Positions 1 to 9,904 of a stretch of 24,452 nucleotides of DNA are shown one piece after another; position 1 is the stretch's first letter; every line of letters starts with the position of its first letter. Origin of the DNA: a virus. Lineage: Duplodnaviria > Caudoviricetes. The position numbers were made by a program, and so were the translations under genes. Under the pieces are notes generated by a model, which was given only the letters and a program-made list of their open reading frames with translations, had not been told where the DNA came from and did not search any database. The stretch is taken from positions 1 to 24,452 of IMG/VR virus record IMGVR_UViG_3300017909_002134. The stretch is one strand, 5' to 3'.

Positions 1-1
1 A

Positions 2-457
2 GAACTTGCAGACAAATTGTACGCAGGCGAAACAAATTACATTTTTTACAAAGTAATATTAGATAAGGATGGATATAGAGCAGTGCCTAAGAATGCTGTT
101 GAAAGCAAAACGCACACAGAAATACAACAGAAAGATATAGTAAACACAAATTTGTATGAAATAAAATCCAACACAGATGATTCATGCATTAGATTTAATT
201 TAAACATGATTAAAAAAGAATGGAATATATCAATAGACAGTGACTTAAAATCGTCGTTGAAGAACAGTGTAGATGCTAATAATGAATATGAGTTCTTTGC
301 AACCAATGTTAGTAACACATCAATACCAGCATACAGTTTTAAAATTAAATTACAAAATTTATTTGATGGTGATATTACAATACCACACACAGTTGATTAT
401 GTTCCAAAAATATTTTGTAGAAAAGTGTTCAATTATGCATATGAGGTAACACAATGA
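2..457 (+). CDS. Hypothetical protein, 5'-truncated by the window edge
   Basis: The frame is open from base 2 (ELADKLYAGE...), so the TTG at 17 is probably not the real start. The TGA stop overlaps the next ATG (ATGA, 454-457). No motif recognised. Confidence 0.7.
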   Translation, partial: ELADKLYAGETNYIFYKVILDKDGYRAVPKNAVESKTHTEIQQKDIVNTNLYEIKSNTDDSCIRFNLNMIKKEWNISIDSDLKSSLKNSVDANNEYEFFATNVSNTSIPAYSFKIKLQNLFDGDITIPHTVDYVPKIFCRKVFNYAYEVTQ

Positions 458-1368
458 TACTAAAAATTTCAGATATAGATTTTGTGTTTTTAAGTTTTGA
501 CGAGCCAAATGCTGACAAAAACTTTGCTGATTTAAAAAAGAAAGTGCCGTGGGCAAAACGTGTGCATGGTGTGGTAGGATTCGATTCTGCACACAAGAGA
601 GCAGGAGAAATATCTGATTCAGATAGATTTATCACAGTAGACGCTGATACGCAAATAGACGAAGAATTTTTATCAATGCTTGTAGACTTTAATAGTTTAG
701 GGATAGATGACACATACACATTAAGTTGGTGCGGTAAGATTGACCTAAATGGTTTACAATATGGAAATGGCAGTTTAAAATGTTGGACAAAAGAATTTGT
801 AAAAGAAATGAAAACTCATGAGAATCACGATGGCAAAAATAAAAATGTTATTGAGTTTTGTCATAATCCGAAATATTTTCAGTTTAATGAAAATTTTTCA
901 ACAAGTTTTATAAATGGTTCGGCCTTTCAGGCATGGAGAGCAGGTTTTAGAGAAGGCGTCAAAATGAGTTTAGATAAAAATGCTCGATTAAGCAATCTGA
1001 AAGATGCTTGGTGGCAAAATTATCAAAGACTTCTTGTATGGATGTCAGTGGGTCAAGATTGTGAATACGGATTATATGCAATTCATGGAGCAAGATTAGG
1101 ATGCTATCTAACAAGTTGCACTGATTGGGATTTCAAGAAAGCAAACAATTACAGTTTCTTTAAGCATTATTGGCAATATGATATTCATGACGGTGGTAAC
1201 ATAAAACCAGATTATTACAAAGATATTGTTGATATGGGGCAAAAGATAAGGGATCAACACGATATACCGTTAAGTCCTGAACCGTTCAGTATTGATCAAA
1301 GCAAAACATTTAAAGAAGTTTACTTGAACACACCACGTATTTGGAAAAGGAGATTTAAAAATGTTTGA
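454..1368 (+). CDS. GT-A-fold glycosyltransferase-like protein
   Basis: Hydrophobic strand followed by a DxD motif (FITVDAD). Shares FLSFDEPNAD, RVHGVVG..AH, YGNGSLK and AWRAGFREGVKM blocks with the next ORF. GAGG RBS upstream. Confidence 0.65.
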   Translation: MILKISDIDFVFLSFDEPNADKNFADLKKKVPWAKRVHGVVGFDSAHKRAGEISDSDRFITVDADTQIDEEFLSMLVDFNSLGIDDTYTLSWCGKIDLNGLQYGNGSLKCWTKEFVKEMKTHENHDGKNKNVIEFCHNPKYFQFNENFSTSFINGSAFQAWRAGFREGVKMSLDKNARLSNLKDAWWQNYQRLLVWMSVGQDCEYGLYAIHGARLGCYLTSCTDWDFKKANNYSFFKHYWQYDIHDGGNIKPDYYKDIVDMGQKIRDQHDIPLSPEPFSIDQSKTFKEVYLNTPRIWKRRFKNV

Positions 1369-2032
1369 TATATTTTTTATTTCATATCAAGAACCAAATG
1401 CAGATGTGAATTTTGCAATACTGCAAGACAGGTTTCCTATTGCTCAGCGAATACATGGCGTCAAAGGTATACATCAAGCACACAAAGAAGCCGCCAAAAA
1501 AGCATTAACAAAAATGTTTTATGTTGTAGATGGTGACGCTTTAGTAGAAGATGATTTTAATTTTGATTACGAAGTACCAACAAAAGATATGAATGCTGTT
1601 CATGTTTGGAGGAGTAAAAATCCTGTAAATGAATTAGTTTATGGGTACGGCGGAGTAAAATTATTGCCAACAAAACTTACATTAGATATGGATTGCACTT
1701 CAACAGATATGACAACTAGTATCAGTAATAGATTTAGACCAATGGAACAGATATCAAACACATCTCGTTTCAACAGTACACCATTTAATACTTGGAAAAG
1801 TGCATTCAGAGAATGTGTAAAACTATCAAGCAAAGTGATAGATAGGCAAGACAACAAAGAGACTGAAGCAAGATTAGATGTGTGGTGCAACAATTCAAAT
1901 GACAGTATTGCTATTGCAGGTGCAAAAGCAGGAAGACAGTATGGTGAAGCAAACAAAAATAACAAAGAAGCATTAGCAAAAATTAATGACTTTGATTGGT
2001 TAAAGGAACAGTATGAGCAAGATCCCATTTGA
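1361..2032 (+). CDS. GT-A-fold glycosyltransferase-like protein, paralogue of 454-1368
   Basis: FISYQEPNAD, RIHGVKGIHQAH, DxD motif (YVVDGD), YGYGGVKL, TWKSAFRECVKL. AGGAG RBS upstream. Confidence 0.65.
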   Translation: MFDIFFISYQEPNADVNFAILQDRFPIAQRIHGVKGIHQAHKEAAKKALTKMFYVVDGDALVEDDFNFDYEVPTKDMNAVHVWRSKNPVNELVYGYGGVKLLPTKLTLDMDCTSTDMTTSISNRFRPMEQISNTSRFNSTPFNTWKSAFRECVKLSSKVIDRQDNKETEARLDVWCNNSNDSIAIAGAKAGRQYGEANKNNKEALAKINDFDWLKEQYEQDPI

Positions 2033-3140
2033 TAATATAGTAAAATTTGGACAACAAACAATGCTAGAAAAGAAACTGTTCAATGTCAGTTGGATTTTAA
2101 GTAGGTTTTGTAATTATGATTGTTCATACTGTTGGCCTTATGCACACAGTAAATTGTCTGATCATAGACCTCTTGAGCAATATGAACAAACAATTGAAGA
2201 AATTAAAAGACAAGCAAGAGCAAACGGCTTTAATGATTTTCATTTTAGTTTTTCAGGTGGTGAACCAACAGCATATAAAAAATTTTTAGAATTAATACAG
2301 TTTTACAGCAAAGATTCTACTCCAAATTATCAAAGCATACACATGACAACTAATTTAAGTCCTGGAATGAAATGGTGGCAACGTTGGTTAGATGTCACAA
2401 AAAATTTATCAAGACGATCAATCACAGCCAGTTTTCATCATGAATTTGCAAACGAACAAGAATTTGGAGATAAAATTTTAATGCTTACAGATCATGATGT
2501 ATTTGTTACAATAAATCAAGTGATGGTGCCTGAGATTTTTGATGAACTTTATGATAGATGCAAAAGATTTTATGAAAGAGGTATAAATGTTACACTGAAA
2601 CCTCAAAGCGATTCTACTGCAAGTTTTATTGTAAAAGGTTATACAGATGATCAAAAGAAATTAATGCAACAAGGTTTCCCACAGCAGTTTCCTGGAAAAC
2701 ACTACAACAACTTTGATAGTTTTGAATCTAACTGGGCAGACAGAATTGATAATAAAATATATCAACTTAAACTTATAGATAGTAAACACAAAGAACATTT
2801 TTTGGATCAAGCAGAAAGATTGAATGCGTTTGGATTCAATAAATTTAAAGGCTGGAACTGCAATGCTGGTTATCAAAGTTGTATAATAAGAGAGCCAGGT
2901 GGAGAAATAAAAAGAGCATACAGTTGTAAAGACGAGCCGTTAGGCACAATTGATAAAGGATTTGATCTGTTCAAAAAGTCTGCACCTTGTATAACAGACA
3001 GTTGTGTAAGTTCTGCAGACAGCAAAATACCAAAGCAAAGGAAGATGGATTTTTTAGAGCATTGGGAATCTGAAGATGCTATTATGGAAATAAGCAGAAA
3101 ACAATCTAAACAATTTAAAAAGGAAAGACAGAGTGTATAA
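2013..3140 (+). CDS. Radical SAM protein with C-terminal Cys-rich (Twitch/SPASM-like) domain
   Basis: CNYDCSYC (CxxxCxxC), FSGGEPT, TTN; C-terminal WNCNAG...YSC...CITDSC. Confidence 0.92.
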   Translation: MSKIPFDNIVKFGQQTMLEKKLFNVSWILSRFCNYDCSYCWPYAHSKLSDHRPLEQYEQTIEEIKRQARANGFNDFHFSFSGGEPTAYKKFLELIQFYSKDSTPNYQSIHMTTNLSPGMKWWQRWLDVTKNLSRRSITASFHHEFANEQEFGDKILMLTDHDVFVTINQVMVPEIFDELYDRCKRFYERGINVTLKPQSDSTASFIVKGYTDDQKKLMQQGFPQQFPGKHYNNFDSFESNWADRIDNKIYQLKLIDSKHKEHFLDQAERLNAFGFNKFKGWNCNAGYQSCIIREPGGEIKRAYSCKDEPLGTIDKGFDLFKKSAPCITDSCVSSADSKIPKQRKMDFLEHWESEDAIMEISRKQSKQFKKERQSV

Positions 3141-4119
3141 ACTTGAAGACATAAGAGATGTTCATTTTGAAATAACAAGCAAGTGTCAGGCTAAATGTCC
3201 TATGTGTCCAAGACGTATTGCAGGTGGGCCTTTAAATCCTTTTATTAAATTAGATGAAGTCACATTAGACACATTCAAAAAATGGTTTCCTGAATCATTT
3301 ATCAAACAATTGAACAGTATGTTTATGTGTGGTAACCTTGGCGATCCTATTATTAGCAAAGATACATTGGAGATATATCAATACTTGCGTGAAGTGAATC
3401 CAAACATCAGTCTTGCAATGCACACAAATGGCAGTGCCAGAGAACCTGCATGGTGGGAGAAAATTGCAAAAGCCAAAGTAAAAGTAACATTTGGTATAGA
3501 TGGTTTACAAGATACTAATCATCTGTATAGGATATCTACAAATTTTGACAAGATTATTAAAAACGCAAAAGCATTTATAGATGCTGGAGGATTTGCCAAG
3601 TGGCATATGTTGGTGTTTGAACACAACGAACATCAAGTAGAAGAAGCAAGACAGATGTCACAACATCTAGGATTTAAAATGTTTACAACAAAACACACAT
3701 CTAGATTCAAAGGTGATTATTTACAAGTAATAGATGAAGATGGAAAGCCATTGCACAAATTAAGACCAACAGAGAAAAGTGCAAGTATGATACCTTTAGT
3801 TGAACAATCACAAAAAGAAATTAAACCTACTATTGTGTGTAAAGCAGTCAAATACAAACAGATATATGTGAGTGCTTGTGGCAATATATCACCTTGTTGC
3901 TGGTTAGATATGGAGTGGATCCCACCAATGCAAGAATCAAGAATAGATTATATGAAGAGAATTGGTGAGTTTCCGAATTTAAATACAAGTAGTTTAGAAG
4001 AAATATTTGAAAAAGGATTTTTTAATAAAATTGAACAAACATGGAAAGATATTCCTTTACAAGAATGTTCAAAACAATGTGGATCATTTGATAAACTAGG
4101 AGAACAATTTGAAAATTAA
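3133..4119 (+). CDS. Radical SAM protein with C-terminal SPASM/Twitch domain
   Basis: GTG start. CQAKCPMC, MCGNLGDP (variant of the GGEP motif), HTNG, FGIDG; C-terminal CKA...IYVSACGNISPCC...CSKQC. Confidence 0.92.
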   Translation: MYKLEDIRDVHFEITSKCQAKCPMCPRRIAGGPLNPFIKLDEVTLDTFKKWFPESFIKQLNSMFMCGNLGDPIISKDTLEIYQYLREVNPNISLAMHTNGSAREPAWWEKIAKAKVKVTFGIDGLQDTNHLYRISTNFDKIIKNAKAFIDAGGFAKWHMLVFEHNEHQVEEARQMSQHLGFKMFTTKHTSRFKGDYLQVIDEDGKPLHKLRPTEKSASMIPLVEQSQKEIKPTIVCKAVKYKQIYVSACGNISPCCWLDMEWIPPMQESRIDYMKRIGEFPNLNTSSLEEIFEKGFFNKIEQTWKDIPLQECSKQCGSFDKLGEQFEN

Positions 4120-4714
4120 AATACAAGATGTGCTGTATTGGATGGATGCCATCAGAAACTCTGATGATAGATATCGTACACTTGAAAGTTTCTGGAAAGG
4201 TCAAGTCAACAGTAAGTTGTGGTTAATAGATAATCTTAAACATTATTTTAATCCACACCCTTACAATGTATTACTTTGCGGTGGTTGGAATGGTGTACTT
4301 GCAACACTATTGTTCAACAGTGATGTTAATATAGCAAAAATTACAAGCATGGATGTTGATCCTAGTTGTGAAAAGATTGCGTGTGATATAAACAAAGCAT
4401 ATGAAATAGAAGGTAAGTTTAAAGCAATTACAAAAAATATGTTAGATTATGACAATTATGATTCACACAACTTAATAATTAACACTGCTTGTGAACACAT
4501 ATCGCAAACGGATTTTAACAAATGGCTAGATGTACTACCCAGAAACACAAGATTAATATTACAAAGCAATGATTATTTTGCACACAAAGAGCATATTAAT
4601 TGTAAAACTACTCTAGAGGAATTTAAAAACAGTTGTAGTATAGATGTGAATTTTGCGGCTGAACTGCCAACAGAAAAATATAAAAGATTTATGATAATGG
4701 GAATCAAAACATGA
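4109..4714 (+). CDS. Class I SAM-dependent methyltransferase-like protein
   Basis: TTG start with AGGAG at 4098-4102. Motif I-like VLLCGGWNG, acidic strand-2 end SMDVD, and LIINTACEH. Confidence 0.75.
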   Translation: MKIKIQDVLYWMDAIRNSDDRYRTLESFWKGQVNSKLWLIDNLKHYFNPHPYNVLLCGGWNGVLATLLFNSDVNIAKITSMDVDPSCEKIACDINKAYEIEGKFKAITKNMLDYDNYDSHNLIINTACEHISQTDFNKWLDVLPRNTRLILQSNDYFAHKEHINCKTTLEEFKNSCSIDVNFAAELPTEKYKRFMIMGIKT

Positions 4715-5415
4715 TAATGAGTAAAAAAGACATAGATGAATATCACAATCTAGGTTTAGACACAGCAACAAAAGTGTTTAATAAATTTAAAGATGGCACT
4801 CTAGATTGGTTACAACTTGACTTAGATTTCAATGACTATGTAAATGCTTTAGAAATGACAAATATAAATCCATATTTTGTTGAACACAGAGAGGACGAAA
4901 CACACAAAGGTTGGGAAAGTTGTTGTTTACACGGACTGGGTATTGATCAAACTAGAGTTGCGAAGGAGTATGGATATGATGACGAACTAAATGCTCCGTA
5001 TGATTGGACACCTTTGCAAAAATTGGCTCCAACTGCAAAAAAATTCTGGGAAGATTTCCCAGCAGAACGATACAGCAGAATTAGATTTATGAAACTAAAA
5101 CCATCAGGCATGATTGATTGGCACAATGATGACCCTGGCACACCTTTACCAGATGATTTGTGCAATTATCTGATTCCTATTAATGTTGCAATTTTACACC
5201 CTGCACTCTGTTATATGGAATTAGAAGGTGAAAAATTAGTGCCATGGAAACATGGCAAAGTGTTTTTAGTAAACATTTTAAAAAATCACAGAGTAGTGAA
5301 CAATTCTAATGTAGATAGAATACACATGATTGCTCAAGCACATATTGGAAATAAAAGGAAAGAATTTAACGAATTACTAGATAGGAGTATACAAAAATAT
5401 GGCGTTTCTATTTGA
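4711..5415 (+). CDS. Fe(II)/2-oxoglutarate oxygenase (aspartyl/asparaginyl beta-hydroxylase-like)
   Basis: RIRFMKLKPSGMIDWHND (HxD), then distal His and Arg in NHRVVNNSNVDRIH. Confidence 0.85.
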   Translation: MIMSKKDIDEYHNLGLDTATKVFNKFKDGTLDWLQLDLDFNDYVNALEMTNINPYFVEHREDETHKGWESCCLHGLGIDQTRVAKEYGYDDELNAPYDWTPLQKLAPTAKKFWEDFPAERYSRIRFMKLKPSGMIDWHNDDPGTPLPDDLCNYLIPINVAILHPALCYMELEGEKLVPWKHGKVFLVNILKNHRVVNNSNVDRIHMIAQAHIGNKRKEFNELLDRSIQKYGVSI

Positions 5416-6790
5416 AGCACAAACAAAAGAAAAGAAAAATATTGTTTTCATTTGCAACACTAACTTTCACCAGATAGACAATGCAAGTGCAAAAGAAACA
5501 ATTATGAATATTGCTGAATATCAAATCAGTAATATTACAAGCAAAGGCTATGATTGTTATGTTGCTATCAGTGAAGACACAACTTTACAAAAGGTTGTAG
5601 ATGATTATGATTATGCAGTATGTTACAGCACAGATACAGAGTTTGAGGGAGATAAATTTTTTGAACACTTACATGAACTTATTAAATCAGATTTTTTGGT
5701 TGCAGGACATATATTGGATAGAAAAGAAGGCTGGTATGAAATTCATGAACAATGCTATGTGTTAAATTTAAAAAAATACAAAGAATACGAATGTCCTGAA
5801 ATAGGAGAATTCAAACGGAATGCCGAACATTTTGAAACAGTGCCTATTAGAAGTGATGAAAACTTTCATGATGATCATACTCCGTTATGGATTAAGCCAG
5901 GCACAGAGATGGAAAAATACAAACACAAATGGCATGGTTGGAATCTTTTAAGAACTGCATTTGATAACAAAGAAGAAGTTCTTGTGTTTGATGAAAATAT
6001 AAGACACTCTAAAAGATGTTATTATGCGGCACACGAAACTGACTATATTGAAAACAGCAGTCATATATTAAAGAAATACAATTTAAGTGCAAGTAGATTG
6101 TTTTATCCAATCAACACAGAGGAAGTTGTACCATTACCAGATTTTGTTGGTCCTATTAAACAACTTGTAACTCCTGCAAGTGGGTTTAACTGGTTAAAAT
6201 ATTTAGACAAGTATGGATATGATGAAGACACAGAAGTAATATTTTATGATTACAATCCTAATGCACTTTATTATATGCAAACTATAATAGAAAAATTTGA
6301 AGGCGGAGACTTGCATAAGTTTTTAAAACAAAACAATACACACAGAACTCCTGATTGGATAAACAGCAAAAAAGATATTGCAGATTATATCAGTAAAATA
6401 GGAGGCTTGTTAGCACTAAGAAGCAAATTAAAATTCAAATATGTTGAATGTGATCTTTTAAATGAATTCAATCTAAAAATTAAAAATAACAAAGGCACAA
6501 TTCTAAATATTAGTAATATATTTGCCTATGAACCAACAGCGGCAGTTGTGCCAACAAAACAAAGAGTATTCAGAGAAAACAAATTAATTAGATTGCTGAA
6601 TGAAAAATATGATAAAATTCATTTAATTGCATCTATGCACTCATGGACAGGTTACGTGGATTATCCTATGTTAGCAGGTCCAGTAACAAAATTTACAGAG
6701 TGCGATATAGAATCAATGAGAGCACCATTATGGCGCTTCGGAAAAGATTGGAAAAATCCAAAGGATCCTTATGAAGAAGACGAAGAATAG
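5399..6790 (+). CDS. Hypothetical 463-aa protein; possible N-terminal GT-like plus C-terminal SAM-binding Rossmann domain
   Basis: Long ORF with AGGAG RBS, overlapping both neighbours. C-terminal half has TPASGFN...IFYDYNPNAL...VECDLL...NISNIFAY, spaced like a class I SAM-binding fold. The domain call is tentative. Confidence 0.45.
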   Translation: MAFLFEAQTKEKKNIVFICNTNFHQIDNASAKETIMNIAEYQISNITSKGYDCYVAISEDTTLQKVVDDYDYAVCYSTDTEFEGDKFFEHLHELIKSDFLVAGHILDRKEGWYEIHEQCYVLNLKKYKEYECPEIGEFKRNAEHFETVPIRSDENFHDDHTPLWIKPGTEMEKYKHKWHGWNLLRTAFDNKEEVLVFDENIRHSKRCYYAAHETDYIENSSHILKKYNLSASRLFYPINTEEVVPLPDFVGPIKQLVTPASGFNWLKYLDKYGYDEDTEVIFYDYNPNALYYMQTIIEKFEGGDLHKFLKQNNTHRTPDWINSKKDIADYISKIGGLLALRSKLKFKYVECDLLNEFNLKIKNNKGTILNISNIFAYEPTAAVVPTKQRVFRENKLIRLLNEKYDKIHLIASMHSWTGYVDYPMLAGPVTKFTECDIESMRAPLWRFGKDWKNPKDPYEEDEE

Positions 6791-8045
6791 TTGTACTTTC
6801 TGTATGCATCCTTTCACAGGACTTGCCACTAGAGAAGATGGAGCAATAAAAGTTTGTTGTAGAAGTTTGCCAATTGCTAACATCAAAGACATGAGTCTAG
6901 AAGAAGCATGGAATTCAGAAGCAATGAAAGAAGTAAGACGTCAAGTATTAAATGATGAAAGACCAGATGTGTGCCAGCCTTGTTTTGATTTAGAAGATCA
7001 AGGAGTACAAAGTTTACGACAAAGACATATTACAGATTCTTCACCAGAATCAAGAAGTAATCTGTATCCAAATGCTTTAGATAGTTTACAAACGGATTAT
7101 TCAATGCCATTTGAATTGCCCACAATGGAGATTAAAATTAATAACTTATGCAATCTTAAATGTAGAATGTGTAATCCTCTAGACAGTACACAATGGAAAG
7201 ACTGGAGCAGTATTGTTTCACACTATGAAAAGGAAGGCAATTATCTTGTAGATGCAGTCAAAAATTTAGGATTAGAAAAAGCACCATATGTTGGTTTGTT
7301 TGAGGACAAATTACACTTTTGGGAAAACTTAGAAAAACTTTTACCTTATTTCAAACGTGTAGAATTTGCTGGTGGCGAACCTCTTATGGATCCATCACAT
7401 TACAAAATCTTAGATTTACTTTCTAAAAACGGAAAAAACATTGAAATAAAATACGCAACCAATGGCACAACACTTGGGATAAAGGGTGGCAGAACTGTGC
7501 ATGAGTATTGGCCCAAGTTTAAAAGTGTGGCTGTAAATGTTAGTATAGACGGATTGCATGACACATACGAATATATCAGAGGCAATGGTAAGTTTTCAGA
7601 TGTAGAATATAACATAAAGGAAATGAAAAAGATTCCAACAGTAAGCCGTATTGTGGGTGCATTCACAGTACAAGCCAACAACATATTACAAATAGACAAA
7701 GTGATTGATTACTTTTTAAATGAAATGCAAATTGTGTTTTATAGTCATAGAGTAAATTATCCAAGAGCCTTATCGGCACAGGTTTTACCTGAAGAATTAA
7801 AACAAGCAGTGGTTGTAAAACTAGAAGCAATGAAAAGCAAGGTAAAAGATTATGAGATGGTAAAAAAATATCCTGTGTTGGAAAAAATTACTTTACAACA
7901 GATACAAGACAATATTAACTTTTTACAAGCAAGAGATTTGCACGAACATTGGAACGATTGTGTGGATTTCAATAGAAAGTTAGATGCAACAAGAAAGCAA
8001 GGGCCATTCGAAAAAATTAATCCGGAGTTTGCAAATTATGTTTAG
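6771..8045 (+). CDS. Radical SAM protein with N-terminal Twitch/SPASM-like domain
   Basis: N-terminal FCMHPF...DGAIKVCC...CQPC precedes the core CNLKCRMC, FAGGEPL, YATNG, VSIDG, YIRG. Confidence 0.92.
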   Translation: MKKTKNSCTFCMHPFTGLATREDGAIKVCCRSLPIANIKDMSLEEAWNSEAMKEVRRQVLNDERPDVCQPCFDLEDQGVQSLRQRHITDSSPESRSNLYPNALDSLQTDYSMPFELPTMEIKINNLCNLKCRMCNPLDSTQWKDWSSIVSHYEKEGNYLVDAVKNLGLEKAPYVGLFEDKLHFWENLEKLLPYFKRVEFAGGEPLMDPSHYKILDLLSKNGKNIEIKYATNGTTLGIKGGRTVHEYWPKFKSVAVNVSIDGLHDTYEYIRGNGKFSDVEYNIKEMKKIPTVSRIVGAFTVQANNILQIDKVIDYFLNEMQIVFYSHRVNYPRALSAQVLPEELKQAVVVKLEAMKSKVKDYEMVKKYPVLEKITLQQIQDNINFLQARDLHEHWNDCVDFNRKLDATRKQGPFEKINPEFANYV

Positions 8046-8952
8046 GGTTGAACATTTATACAAACACGTACAAGAAAGTGTAAAGGTAGAATGGAACCTC
8101 GGCAAAAGATGTAATTATGATTGCTCCTATTGTCCTGCAGAAATACATGACAACACTAGTAAGCACACTGATATAAAAATTTTAAAAAATGCTGTTGATT
8201 CTTTATGTTCGTCTATGCCAGATTTAAGAACCAAAGTGCGAATCAGTTTTACTGGAGGTGAACCTTGTGTGCATCCAAAATTTTTAGAACTTTTAGAATA
8301 TGCAAGACCAAAAGTAAGTTGGCTTAATGTAACAACAAATGGAACAAGAACTGCCAAATACTATACACATCTATTAGACAATTTGGTAGATCATTTGGTA
8401 TTCAGTTTGCACTTTGAATACGACTACCAAAAAGTTCTGAAATCAATTTTAAGGGCCGCACAAGGGTCTAAAAACAAAAATATACTTGTACACGTAATGA
8501 TGCTTCCAGGACGTTTATACGACGTTAAAGACGTTTGTAGACACCTTTCTGAGGAGCAAATAAAGTTTGCACTGCGACCAATTCGTTGGACGCAAACACA
8601 CGATATTTTTGAAGACATGAATCGGTACTCGCCAGAAGAATTGGATTTTTTGAAATTGGAAAACCATAATCCACCACACAATGTTTTGATAGACAATGGA
8701 CCAAAAACTTGCAACGTAAATGATATGCTGATCCAAAAAACTAATCAATTTAAAAATTGGAAATGCAATGCAGGACTTGAAAGTTTAATGATTAATTGGG
8801 ACGGAGATGTACACAGAGCAACTTGTAGAGTGGGTGGCAGTTTGGGAAATATTTACGAAGGCACTTTTAACAAGCCAACTGAACCTATTGATTGTACAAG
8901 AGATTGGTGCACCTGTGCCGCAGATATCAATATCACAAAAGTTAAACCTTAA
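8038..8952 (+). CDS. Radical SAM protein with C-terminal Cys-rich domain
   Basis: Start moved from 7984 to the ATG at 8038 (GGAG upstream, overlaps the previous TAG). CNYDCSYC, FTGGEP, TTNG, SLHFE; C-terminal WKCNAG...ATC...CTRDWCTCAAD. Confidence 0.92.
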   Translation: MFRVEHLYKHVQESVKVEWNLGKRCNYDCSYCPAEIHDNTSKHTDIKILKNAVDSLCSSMPDLRTKVRISFTGGEPCVHPKFLELLEYARPKVSWLNVTTNGTRTAKYYTHLLDNLVDHLVFSLHFEYDYQKVLKSILRAAQGSKNKNILVHVMMLPGRLYDVKDVCRHLSEEQIKFALRPIRWTQTHDIFEDMNRYSPEELDFLKLENHNPPHNVLIDNGPKTCNVNDMLIQKTNQFKNWKCNAGLESLMINWDGDVHRATCRVGGSLGNIYEGTFNKPTEPIDCTRDWCTCAADINITKVKP

Positions 8953-9904
8953 CTTTATCTAATAAACTTTCTGGCTGACACATACAAGTATTTGTTTTGT
9001 CACAAATTTTAGGTTTGATCACAGGATCAAATTTTGCTACAAAGTCTTTGTCATAAATGTTGTAGTTGTCAAACAATCTTGTTCTACAAGCACCTGTGAT
9101 AATACCAGCAGGATCAATCATCATGCTGTCTACTCCTATGTTACAGCGCCATCCATAGAAATCATTCTGTTTGTTCAACACAATCCAGTTTCTGTTTACT
9201 CGCTTTTTAGAGCCGTCTTCAAACACAACAACAGGATTATCTTTAAGATGTTTTCTGTTTTTCCATATGTGCCATATGCTAGGTCGTCTTTTTGTAGGCT
9301 TGGCAACAAATGCTCTTTGTTCATCTGTGTAGTTGATTGTTTCATGCATAACTTCCATAGCACTGATAAACCATGGGTGTTTGCTTGTTTTACAAGTTTC
9401 AATCAGTTCTAAACACTTGTCCCAAGCAGTAGGATCCATTAAAACCATTACGTTTGGACTTCTACCCATCTCGTGCAGTGTGTCACTGACTTTGATAAAA
9501 TGATCTATATCTACTTCTTTGTGATGACAACTCAATAGGATTTTATCAAACACTGTGCCAAACTTTTCCCACCATCTCAATGTTCTACTGCCATTGCTAC
9601 TGATAGTGATGTATGCAGGTATGTGCTTTCTAATTTCTGTAACAAATTCTCCCAACTTGGGCCACAGTGTAGGCTCACCGCCCACAATGTGTAATTCCAA
9701 CATTTCTTTTCCTATTGCTTGATATTTGCTGAATAAGTGTTTAAAATTTTCCACTAATTGTTCCATGTCGTCTGTCCAACGATGTGTGCCTTCATGCGAA
9801 CCTTTAAAACAATACCAGCAATTAAAATTACAGGTATTACCTATCATAAACTCGATACGCAGTATTTTTTTAGGTTGTGGATTGTGTACTTGCACTATGT
9901 TCAT
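8942..9904 (-). CDS. Radical SAM protein with C-terminal Cys-rich domain
   Basis: CNFNCWYC, VGGEPT, SSNGSRT; C-terminal WRCNIG...GAC...CDKTNTCMCQPE. Confidence 0.92.
   Translation of the reverse strand: MNIVQVHNPQPKKILRIEFMIGNTCNFNCWYCFKGSHEGTHRWTDDMEQLVENFKHLFSKYQAIGKEMLELHIVGGEPTLWPKLGEFVTEIRKHIPAYITISSNGSRTLRWWEKFGTVFDKILLSCHHKEVDIDHFIKVSDTLHEMGRSPNVMVLMDPTAWDKCLELIETCKTSKHPWFISAMEVMHETINYTDEQRAFVAKPTKRRPSIWHIWKNRKHLKDNPVVVFEDGSKKRVNRNWIVLNKQNDFYGWRCNIGVDSMMIDPAGIITGACRTRLFDNYNIYDKDFVAKFDPVIKPKICDKTNTCMCQPESLLDKVKV

Noticed and set aside
2013-9904. Calling the CNYDCSYC/CNFNCWYC proteins viperin or MoaA
   Set aside because: Only generic radical SAM motifs are shared. There is no MoaA C-terminal GG or neighbouring moa gene, and the Cys-rich tails are unlike viperin.
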